64,000 nt of DNA from Eukaryota sp. GEM-RC1. Lineage: Eukaryota. Below are positions 1-10,459 of this stretch, piece after piece. Both the position numbers and the translations under genes were made by a program. The notes beneath the pieces are model-generated. The model worked only from the letters and a program-made list of their open reading frames with translations. It had not been told where the DNA came from and ran no database searches. The stretch's first letter is position 1. Each line of letters opens with the position of its first letter. Location of the stretch: the NCBI GenBank assembly GCA_040285855.1, contig JAUFOQ010000006.1:2294001-2358000 (forward strand), given 5' to 3'.

Positions 1-614
1 CGCAATTCTTCAACCAATATTGCAAGAGTTCAATATTGCAACAATAAGAATCATATTATGTACTTATTACAAAAAAACGCAGATTCTATTGTTCATAATC
101 AGAAATATCGAAATTAATCTCAATAGTATTGAGAATAGTATCGAAGATGAAGATATTGAGTCAATACCATTATATACATCTACGATTTTTATACTGCTCA
201 CGATAAGTCTTACAGTAGCTTTATCCCAAAAATCACTGTTTTCTTTCATTATTATTTGCATTTCAAGACTGGGGGGCTTCAGAGAAAATGGCTTCAGAAG
301 AAAGAATTCAGATTGAACTTCAGGAAACACTCGAATTGAGCTCAAATGACAGACATTATGATAATACAACAACTAGAAATCATCACCGATAAATCAACTC
401 TCACTTTATAAACACATAATGCAACAAAACGGGTTTTGGGACTCCAAATGGTGAAGTAAAACAACAAAATGAACAACGTATATTGGCAATATTGCAATAT
501 TCCAATAATTAACCGGTATAACAATAAATATTGGTCCACCTCACAGAGCGGAAATATATAGTGGAGCAATATTTATTGCAATATTGGAAGATCAATATTG
601 TTTTCCCACCCCTG
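1..614. mobile_element. Right end of a hAT-like DNA transposon/MITE (left end outside window)
   Basis: Clustered AATATTGCAA-type subterminal repeats (15-40, 480-600) end in TTTTCCCACCCCTG at 614 (reverse complement CAGGGGTGGGAAAA, a hAT-like terminus). The partner TIR and TSD are not visible. Confidence 0.5.
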
Positions 615-908
615 AATCTTATACTGCACCGTTATCGTTGAGTGCTCGTTGAAGAAGATTAGCAGACTGATATGTTTGTATTTTACTTTGTATTTTGGCG
701 TATTTTTGTATTTTTCAAATGAAAACTCGTGTATTGTACAAGTATGTATGACATCAAATAACAGCGGCACGTACAGTACATGTACCAAATATAATTACAT
801 TGATTTAAGATAAATTACAAAACATTCATTTACAAGTATATAACATTAATAACATAAGGAAGTATGAAGAAAAATACTAACAAAAAGTGACTCAAGTTAT
901 GGACTGAA

Positions 909-3220
909 TCAGAATTGACTTTGAAGTCTTTCAATTTTGATGGAAGCTGTATTTGATTTGTCTTGAAGATCTTCAGCTTCTACATGTAATATTCCATCTG
1001 AATCAATGATCATTGTGGTAGATATTTGGGCTTCTCCTGCTGGAAGGGGGAGGTAGATTACTGATCCTGAAGCGTGCAAGAAATGTATTTAGAGACACAA
1101 CCGAGGCCTCACCTTGATACACGTTGATAGTAGTTGATGTTTGATAGTCGGCAGTAGTAACGTAAGTATCATTGAACATACAAGGAACACTGGAATGCCT
1201 AGGAATGATGACACTCATGGTACCAACTTCATTGGTTTCGGATTTAGATTTGATACTAATACCCAAACTATGAGGAGTTACATCATGAAGAACGTGATTA
1301 AAGTAGGCAGATGCACCAGCAGCCACGGATTGGTCAGGATTGAGAGTTTTTCTTACTTTACCAGGAAACTTAAGTTCAAGTATTTCTTGAACCTTTCTCA
1401 AACGAGAAGATCCTCCTACAAGTTGGACGTAGTCGATGGCAGAAGATTGAAGACGGAGGGATTGAAGAAGTTCCTCAATGATAGATAAGCATCTGGTAAA
1501 TGTAAGGGGCACAAATAGCATCAAAACGGTCTTTAGTTAAGACAAGTTCAAGATCATTTCCAGAAGCAAAGTTCTCAACTTCTATTTCAGACTCATCTTT
1601 AGTCGTTAGGGCTTTCTTTGCTTTCTCTACCGCAAAACGCAATAAGACTTTCTTCTTTTCAGTTGGTAAGGAGTAACAGTTATTGTCAGTAGTCCAGTTT
1701 TTCATAACATGGTCTATTATTTCTTGATCGATGTTTGCCCCACCTAAGTTGGTAGAGCCATGAGTTCCAATGACAGTAATGTCATCGCTTTTAATATCTA
1801 CAATAGATACATCAAAGGTACCACCACCAAAATCAAATACGAGAACTCGCTTGCCGATTGTCGAAGGATCTTCTTGTTTTAGGGATAGAGCAGCAGCAGT
1901 TGGTTCGTTGATTAGGGTGATTTCCTCAAAGCCGGCAATATATGCAGCCCTCTTTGTTGCTTGACGTTGATCATCATTGAAATATGCAGGTACAGTAATG
2001 ACAGCCTTGGTGATGTTAGTCTGTCCCAGAGCATTGATAGCGTTAGTTCTGATGTGAGATAAGACTCTCGCACTGATTTCTTCGGGACGGTATGTTTGGT
2101 TATTCACTCCGATACCAGTGAATCCATCACTTAGTTCTACAATTCTGAAAGGATATCTGGTTTTCATTTGTTGAACAACTTCATCATTAAAACGTCGTCC
2201 AATAAATCGCTTAATCTCAAAAAAAAGTTTTATCAGGGTGTTTCTTCATAGTATCTCGAGCATCAACACCAATACTACATGGCTGGGATGCGAAGGAGAC
2301 AATAGATGGAACAAGTATTTCAGCTGAGTCGAAATCTGTCAGAACTTCAGTGATGTGAGATGTGAGACTGCCCTCTGGTTCTCGTTTTTGACGATAAACT
2401 GCAGCACAAGAGTTTGTTGTTCCGAGGTCGATCCCAAGAACAATGGATGAAGACATTTGAGAATTTGGCCGTGTATTGGTGAAGGATGAAGTCTTGACTG
2501 CAATAATAGGAGTTGCAGAGGTCATGTTGTAATGTGAAAGATCCTGGTCATCGTCTAAAACGAGACCTTTGAAAACAAGTTTAAGTCCAAAAGAGTCTTG
2601 TGACTCACAAAGTAGATCGTAGACCTTCGATTTCAAGATATGTACTTTGTCAGTGGGATCAACGTCTACTTCGAAGATACGGGATGGGTTTAGCAGGCGA
2701 ACTCTAAGTTGTCCTTGTCTTTCTCGTAATCTCTTGACTCTACTTTCATAGATTCTCTGGAAAAAGGGTACACTTCGGTGGGGTCTTCTTTCTGGGCGAC
2801 TAGGAGAAGTCTTAGGTTCGTCAGTCTCTACGTTGTTAGCCGTTGAGCTGGATGGGAGACGTCCGTTCATGTTACATCTTCGACCTCGACCTCGACCTAA
2901 GGGGGGACGGTTAACACGAGATCTGGGGGGTAAGGTATCCATGACTTTGATTTCGTGTTCTCCCCACATCTGACCATTCCAATGAGATTTGATGAATTCA
3001 CCTATTTCAGCAGAAGGTACGGAAATGATTGCAAATGACCCATTAAACCACATAGAATCTCGACGCACAATGACGTCACAACCGGGGAATAAACTGAGCT
3101 TTTCCAAAAGTTCAGTTACAGTGAAGCCATGAGGAAGATTGCCTTAAGTCAGACGGGGTATTCACACAAACCAATGTAGATTCTTGTAGTACGAGTGGGT
3201 TCATCAGGTTCACCACACAT
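909..3220 (-). CDS. RRM - RG-rich - ubiquitin-like - Hsp70 (NBD + SBD-beta, no lid) fusion; one intron at 3143-3171; apparent frameshifts near 2217, 1497 and 1045
   Basis: Splicing gives MCGEPDEPTRTTRIYIGNLPHG (RNP2-like), in frame with ORF 2217-3107. That ORF contains GRGRGRR, a Ubl (VDPTDKVHILKSKV...LKLVFKGLVLDDDQDLSHYNM) and LGIDLGTTNSC. Downstream ORFs give TVPAYFND, INEPTAAA, DFGGGTFDVS, VGGSSR and DVTPHSLG. TGA stop at 909-911. Confidence 0.85.
3143..3171 (-). other. Predicted 29-nt spliceosomal intron
   Basis: GTTTGTGTGAATACCCCGTCTGACTTAAG: GT...AG with a CTGAC branch-like motif. Removing it deletes an in-frame TGA and creates the IYIGNLP RRM motif in frame. Confidence 0.8.
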
Positions 3221-3699
3221 TATATGTGAAGCGGAATTCAACTTACAAATTGTATTTTTTTTGATTTCCTTAAGCGATTATACAGCAGAAGTGTGTAATG
3301 AATCGATTCTTTTGTTTATCTTTTTCTTAGGCAACTTCGATAAATACTAGTTTTGTCACGGGAACTACTATTTTAACTTTATTCGATAATTATATATACA
3401 TGAACATGTATATGTACCTTCGATAATTGAATGATAATTGAAAATGTGAAAGGTACATATATAGATTATTCAAACAACGGGTATTACATGGTCTTCATTC
3501 AATCCTTCTAGCTCAGTTGCAAAGGAGTAAGAGCCAAAAAGTGGTTTAGTAAGACCTGGCCCGACTACAAAAATGCCTACATAATGGTCGCTCTCTTTGT
3601 AAGAGTAGAAACCAACCTTCTATTAGTAGTCTAGAATTTGAACAACTCATGGGTCAAACGTATTTGTGGAGTAGCAAACAATTTCTCCAACATCATTTA

Positions 3700-4510
3700 T
3701 CAGTCCTTACTACATTTCCCAAGACATGTTTCGAGTTTTCCTCGTTTTGTTGAATTGTCTTCAAGTATTGGTTTGTCAATTAATTTTCAAAAATGTCTTG
3801 TCATTGGACGTTCTTCAGTTGATTTGAATTTTGGGGAATCTTCCATTCCGTTTGTCAATTATTCAGATGAATGTGTCAAGTTTTTGGGCAATTATACTGG
3901 TATTGTTGACAAAATTAAGGAGACTTTATCACATAAGAATAATTGTATCTTTCAGCAGCTTAACCAAATCGTTGATCTAGATGTAGGCAAACAAGTGTCT
4001 TTTGCTATGCTGCAAGTTTGCTTTGGTGGTAAAATTAATCACTTTTTACGTGGTTTACCGCCTGAACTAACTCTCGAATGATCTCGTAATTTTAATTCAT
4101 TGCGCACAAATTTTGTTAGTTATCTGGTTGGTAACAAAGACTCTTCACTTCCTTCTCATTGTTTTACTTCTACTTCTTTTGGTGGTATTGGTTTCACGAA
4201 AGCTAAATACATGCGTGATGGTGCCTTTTTGGGGTCTTTAAAGAATTTTTTGTTTGGCTTTCAGAATCGTTATCCTGAGTTATGGAAAACGAAAGATTTT
4301 TTACTTCACTCACCTTGTGCATGGTTAATTAGTTTTCAAAATTTAATTGATAGTCTTGACTCCAATTTGTGGTCAGATGTATTTCCTGTTGGGGTAACAG
4401 AAATTCAGCAGAGAAGCATTTTCTCTTTGCCTTTGTGTGTTCGCAAGTTACAGAAGAAGTTTGTTTTGTTTCACGAAAGCTTGGACTTTAAAAACCGTAT
4501 TAAGTGTCTG
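3700..4510 (+). mobile_element. Non-LTR retrotransposon fragment (RT C-terminal/thumb region, RLE/CRE-like clade)
   Basis: CVKFLG, CFGGKINHFLRGLPP and FGGIGFT. Colinear with the RLE elements at 38086-39548 and 52778-54121. In-frame stop at 4079. Confidence 0.75.
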
Positions 4511-6050
4511 GAGAACCTGAAAGTATTGGTAAAGGAGTTGCACAGAGAGACTCTGGTGTGGGGATTGATGGTGTTACAACCAAAGAAACCCATGTTACAC
4601 TGGATGAATCTGATGCTGAAGCACTCCGAAAACTCCGTTTGAACCCGGATGGTGAAGACGTGCAATTTATTTCTGAGCCTAAGACCCCCAAGAAGTCTAG
4701 TCAGACAGCGTCCTCTGGAGCTAAGAATCTTCTGCCAATTGATGAGTTTGACATATCTAATGTGGAATACTCTGAGGAACTTACCCAGGACGATTTGGCG
4801 AGGAGGTTGAAACGTGTAGCTGAGATGACCGAACTATTAGCTTTCCGAAAAAACTTCGAAGAGCATGATAGACTACTTGCTCTCTCCGTAAAACCCCATA
4901 GACCCATGTCTAATGGGGAACGGAAAGAATTCGAAGCAGGGAAACGGGCTAGGTCCGTCGAGGACAACGCTCCGGACTACCTAAGGGATAGAGCTCTGTG
5001 GCATAATGATGCACTCCCTGATCATCTCATACCCTTCGAATCCATCCGCGACAGCTTAACAGGTATGACTGCGGAAACTCTCTGGTACTATGCCCAGTTT
5101 CAACCGAGTCATCCTGATCTCAAAACTAGGATGCGGCATAGGAAACATTACCTAATCAGGAATGTACCACCTTTGACTTCCCCAGAGAACATCAAGAAGT
5201 AGCTGGGTGAGAAGTTCAACGGGAGCCGTGGGGATACCTTTAGCTTTCCGGACGATGAAGTCTGGGACCCTTCCATGGGAATGGTTGTTGAACTTGCTGA
5301 ACTTGGAGACCCCTCTGGTCAACGAGTATTTTATGCTTACCCTCCTTGGTTTGTGTACCAAAAATCTCGAGAAGCTGCTGTGTTTCACAATGTGGCTGTC
5401 TTCACAGATTGGGTTGACCCTGCTCACGAATTTCCCAATGTTGGACCTGGTTTAGCTTTACCTCAGAAGTTTCGTACTACTCCAGCTGATAACAGGGAGA
5501 TTGTTCCTTTCGGTCTTCGAAACGATCAAAGACTCGAACCTAGCGTTGGTGCTCCTCTCTGCGAAAGCAAACATCAAGACTCTCCTTCAATTCGAGAACT
5601 AGATGCTGACGCTCCTCCAAACTCTTCTTACCCTGGTAAAACAAAAAGACCCAGTGGTTCCGTTATTTATGTTTATGACAAAAAATCAAAGAAGTTTCTA
5701 CGTGGTAAAGAAATCAACGGTTTTGGTGATAAAAGACACAAGGGCTCTCCGAAGACTGGTTGCGAAGAAGAATTCGAAGAAGTCTACAAGATTACCGAGA
5801 ATCCAGATCGTTTGAGCACAATTATGCAGATCTTGGAACTCGAGGAAACCCCAGCTCAACCAGAACCTCGTTCAGAATTCGAAGTAGAAGAACATGTTCG
5901 ACCTCCTTTCAGATCTCGATACGATGAATCTCCTCCCGACTCCGATGAAGAAGATAGAAGGAATCTGGCTGGATCATGTGCCTTGCGTGGATCTATGATT
6001 TTAGGAAACAATCCAATCCAATCAAAAGCTCGCCCAAAGTCGAAATTCAA
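4504..6050 (+). pseudogene. ORF of unknown family, probably retroelement-derived; one in-frame TAG at 5200-5202
   Basis: LWYYAQFQPSHP...RMRHRKHYLIRNVPP...GDTFSFPDDEVWD...YAYPPW...FHNVAV aligns by eye with the ORFs at 15080-16141 and 45970-47027. Confidence 0.55.
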
Positions 6051-6059
6051 ACCAAAGAT

Positions 6060-6365
6060 GTTGGACGATTTATTCTCCCGCGCTGGCAATGTTGTGAATG
6101 CCAAAAGAACACGGTTAAATGTTGAATGTGTTCAAGCAATTTTGAGTTTAGAATCGTGGAGCTGATATTCATTATCTCATTAATAAATCTTGTTACTACG
6201 AATAGAAAATACATTGGTGTGTTTACATACTTGACATTCAAATACAAATGTTTGTTGATGAGTACTACTCAATGAGTCTACTCAGATACTCGAGTAGTAT
6301 TCATATTCACTTTTCAGGGACGGTGAGTAGTACTCGAGTATTACTCGAGTATTTTCCCATCTCTA
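6060..6365 (+). mobile_element. 3' end of a hAT transposon (C-terminal dimerisation domain, subterminal repeats, TIR)
   Basis: LFSRAGNVVNAKRTRLNVECVQAILSLESW* resembles the hAT C-terminal motif. TACTCGAGTA repeats follow, and the terminus TTTTCCCATCTCTA is the reverse complement of TAGAGATGGGAAAA, an Ac-like TIR. Confidence 0.75.
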
Positions 6366-6439
6366 TTCTATAGTTTTGTATTGTTCCAAGAAAAATACAA
6401 TTATCACAAAGTTGTATAAGAACATTATAACTATATTCG

Positions 6440-6640
6440 GTACTCAATAAGGTAACCTTCCTACAAAACCATGAAATTGTAAAAACAGACAAATAATACT
6501 AAGACTAAATCCAAACGACTTCATCACCACCCTGTAAAAGATTACGTTTTTCAACATTAAGCTTCACACCAAACTTGTACAAGTTCTCAATTAATCGAGA
6601 GAAATAGAAAGGCATATTCCGACATATAAAAAACACTATG
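6440..6640 (-). mobile_element. 3' tail of an RLE non-LTR element
   Basis: Close nucleotide match to 52795-52990 (C-terminus ...VKRNLL.GGDEVVWI and 3' UTR). Confidence 0.7.
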
Positions 6641-6931
6641 CTGTGCTACTGTTGACCAGGAATTTTCTTTGTCTAGTGTCTCAGACTTTTATATGTATTT
6701 TTGTGCCCTCCATCGATAAACTATTTTTAAATGTTATTTAACAAAGACTGTCAGTCAATTTAACTCGACTTGAAATATACAGTAGTCGACTCGACTCTGC
6801 TTTGATATCTCATGAGTAGACTCGACTAAACTCACTTGGTTCTAGTTGTTGGACGTACAAAACACTGAACATAATAACTTATCAATCAGAACCAGGTACA
6901 TAGCTATTATCAAGTAAAATCAAAAATTAGA

Positions 6932-8723
6932 CTATAATCTACCAGAAAGACGAACAAAAGGGACATTTGGATTGTCTGTAGAGTGCAAATCGATACCAGC
7001 ATCAAGGTCAGATACAGAAACATTACAGTTCAGTTTTGTTTTAGACCCATGACAAATTTGAACACTCAATGTATCCTCAGGACACATCCTTAAATTAAAA
7101 GTAAACTTTTCTTTTTTCTTGAATTCACGAAATGTAGGGGTTTGCGTGTGCTGAAGATCGTCATGAGTTAGGACAAATAGAATAGATATATCTGCTGTAC
7201 AAACAAAATGATTCAAAGGTTCTGTGTAGACGACAAACTCAGCTTCATCACACAGATCAGGTTTCTGGTTTTTTGAATCATTTTCAACTGGTTGGTCCAT
7301 TATAATAACTGGAATCCTCTTAAAAACCCCATTTTGACTCTCAGCAATGTTAGTAGGGAGTAAACTCTGGTTGGTCGGTGCACAATCATGTTCATGACAA
7401 GCGTTTTGGCGAAAACTTGTACCACACGAAATTTGACTTGTACATGTGTGAGAATGTGTGCCAGTTTCTTCTATAGGTGTTCCAGAAACGATTAATTGAG
7501 TTTGTTCGGTTTTCTCTTCATGTGGTTCAGCTCCAGTATGTGTTAAAACTACATTTTGAGGTCTCAGGTGTTTAACATTTGACGGATCTTTCCATCGTAG
7601 TCCTCCAAGAGCAACATCAGTGTTAGGATCCAGTATACAAGCCAAAGGTGCTTTAAAAGCCGATCGCATCCGTTCTCTAACTGAATGAAGAGCTGCTAAC
7701 CTTCCAACTGGAACAACTTTGGTAACAAATTGTGACTGTACATATTTGGCTTGTTCCTCAAGCAGCTTAACAAAGTTCTCTCGAAATGCCTCCAATTTCC
7801 CAGAAAGATCTTTCAAGAAACTGTCAAGTACAGATGGTGGAACATCTTCCTCAAAGTCACCATTTGGATAAAAGTCTTCTACCAAAACTGACATCCTAGT
7901 TTTAGTTTTAGCTTTATTACATGCCAAAAGTAATTTCATCTTGGATTTTCATTCATTGTGGCACGGATTTCTTCATCAATTTTAGTTAAGCAGTACTCAT
8001 ACAAAGCTTGGTCAACTTGAACAGCACCCATCCACCACTCTTCAGAATGAATGGCATTAATGTCAAATCGTTGATGGAGAAAGACAACAGCTTTGGTAAG
8101 TAACTGACCAACATCTACAATGACGACGGTTTCAAGTTTAGAGGGTTCAGGGGCTTTAAAGAGATAAGAAGCTACAAGAGCTTCCAGAGTAGGGACAACA
8201 GTGATATCAGGATAGTCAAGGTTATGGAATGTATCAAGAAGAACATTTTGATGTTGTACAGGTAGACTTTGAGGAAGAACCAATGATGATATGTCAAAAG
8301 GGGAGTTGATGCAATGATTCAGTTCAAGTATAATGTGTTCTACAAGAGGAAGAAGGAGTTCTGTTTGTGTGAGATTTTTACAAACACTGTTCACATTTAC
8401 GGAGAAGACAAGACCGTCATTGATTTGGCTGACATTTCCCATAAGGAAAGAAGTAAAAGGAAGATGTAAGGGTTTAGGGGAAGATTCTTCTGTGACTTCA
8501 GTGGGGACAATGTGTGTAACAGACACAAAACAGTTTTTGGCATGCTTCTTGACTTTGGATTCGGCATTTTGAGCTGTGAAAAAGACCCCAGTTCTTTAAC
8601 AACGACATTAGAAAGGAACATCGCATCGGTACTTGGTTGTAAACTAGTATCTCGATTATCCACGTCATTTCTCACCGCGAGGACGATGCCGTAGGATCCC
8701 AGATCTAAAGAAACATGATGCAT
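6932..8723 (-). CDS. Degenerate Hsp70/Hsp110-like NBD + linker + variable C-terminal beta-rich domain (partner, pair 1); apparent frameshifts near 8580 and 7945
   Basis: Colinear Hsp70-fold motifs in degenerate form: VSLDLGSYG, LVLPQSL, TLEALVASY, VIVDVGQLLTK, MGAVQVDQAL, LLLACNKAK, VVPVGRLAAL, LDPNTDVALGG. No SBD follows. Confidence 0.8.
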
Positions 8724-8774
8724 TTAAGAATGATGAAATTTGTAATAGAAATTCACAGCATGAGTCTTCACTAC
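8724..8774. promoter_or_regulatory. Putative bidirectional promoter/intergenic spacer, pair 1 (51 bp)
   Basis: Lies between the minus-strand ATG at 8723 and the plus-strand ATG at 8775 (MSSSFILGIDLG). Function is inferred from position only. Confidence 0.5.
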
Positions 8775-10355
8775 ATGTCTTCATCCTTTATTCTTGGGAT
8801 CGATCTTGGAACAACAAACTCTTGTGTTGCATTTTATCGTCACAAGCGAGAAACTGAGAGCAGTCACACACCTCACATCACAGAAGTTCTGACGGATTTC
8901 CTGTCTTCGGAAAGACTTGTTCCATCTATTGTCTTCTTCGCATCCCAGAATTGTGTCGTTGGTGTTGATGCTCGTGATACTATGAAGAAACATCCAGATA
9001 AGATTGTGTATGAAGTCAAACGTTTCATTGGACGACGTTTTAATGATGAAGTTGTTCAACAAATGAAAACCAGGTATCCTTTCAGAATTGTAGAACTAAG
9101 TGATGGATTCACTGGTATTAGAGTGAATAACCAAACATACCGTCCCGAAGAGATCAGTGCGAGAGTCTTATCTCACATCAGAACTAACGCTATCAATGCT
9201 CTGGGACAGACTAACATCACCAAGGCTGTCATTACTGTACCTGCATATTTCAATGATGATCAACGTCAAGCAACAAAGAGGGCTGCATATATTGCTGGCT
9301 TTGAGGAAATCACCCTAATCAACGAACCAACTGCTGCTGCTCTATCTCTAAAACAAGAAGATCCTTCGACAATCGGCAAGCGAGTTCTCGTATTTGATTT
9401 TGGTGGTGGTACCTTTGATGTATCTATTGTAGATATTAAAAGCGATGACATTACTGTCATTGGAACTCATGGTTCTACCAACTTAGGTGGGGCAAACATC
9501 GATCAAGAAATAATAAACCATGTTAAGAAAAACTGGACTACTGACAATAACCGTTATTCCTTACCAACTGAAAGAAGAAAGTCTTATTGCGTTTTGCGGT
9601 AGAGAAAGCAAAGAAAGCCCTAACAACTAGAAATAAGGCTGAAATAGAAGTTGAGAACTTTGCTTCTGGAAATGATCTTGAACTTGTCCTAACTAAAGAC
9701 CGTTTTGATGCTATTTGTGCCCCTTACATTTACCAGATGCTTATCGATTATTGAGGAACTTCTTCAATCCCTCTGTCTTCAATCTTTTGCCATCGACTAC
9801 GTTCAACTTGTAGGAGGATCTTCTCGTATAAGAAAGGTTCAAGAAATGCTTGAACTTAAGTTTCCTGGTAAGCTCAGAAAAACTCTAAACCCTGATCAAT
9901 CCGTAGCCGCTGGTGCCGCTGCCTATTTCCATCACGTTCTTTATGATGTTACTCCTCATAGCTTGGGCACTGATATCAAATCTAAATCAAGAACGAAAGA
10001 AGTTGGCACTATGAGTGTTATCATCCCTAGGCATTCCAGAATTCCTTGCAAGTTCACTGAAACTTACTACACTTCAAGTGACTATCAAACCACACTTACC
10101 ATTGGTGTTTTTCAAGGTGAAGCCACGATTGTGTCTCTAAACACATTTCTTGGACGCTTTGAGATCAGTAATCTACCTGTTCTTCCAGCAGGAGAAGCCA
10201 AAGTATCAACTACAATGATCATTGATTCAGATGGAATATTGCATGTTGATGTTGAAGATCTTCAAAACAAATCAAATACAGCTTCAATCAAAATTGAAAA
10301 GCTTCAAAGTCAGTTCCGGTTTAGTCAACGTCTTGATGAAGTGTCTCGAACTTAG
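8775..10355 (+). CDS. hsp70: Divergent lidless Hsp70 (pair 1); apparent frameshifts near 9572 and 9730
   Basis: GIDLGTTNSC, EVKRFIGRRF, TVPAYFNDDQRQATK, INEPTAAA, DFGGGTFDVS, VGGSSRI, DVTPHSLG, FQGE, IDSDGILHV. Ends about 15-20 aa after SBD-beta, with no EEVD or ER-retention motif. Confidence 0.9.
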
Positions 10356-10459
10356 TTATAACTTATATGCTAATCCATTTGGTTTTAATAAATGAAAATA
10401 TAAAAATAAATTTGCTCATCCAGCCACTAGCAGTAAGAAAAAGAAACTTTTTTCTGTAC

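Noticed and set aside
8575..8590. Programmed frameshifting or RNA editing, suggested by frameshifts shared among copies (T5 run at 8580/28785/57080; GAAAGAAG at 9572/29762/58062; CATTTACC at 1497/9730/29920)
   Set aside because: All lie in homopolymers and are fixed by one base. Another paralogue reads through each site, and near-identical pairs 2 and 4 differ at such runs (29033 vs 57331; 29588 vs 57887). Systematic long-read error is the simpler explanation; short-read polishing would settle it.
8715..8774. Overlapping divergent ORFs implied by the ORF track (8715 and 57216 plus-strand starts)
   Set aside because: The upstream extension is not conserved between copies. The Met just before LGIDLG (8775, 28967, 41996, 57264) is the consistent start.
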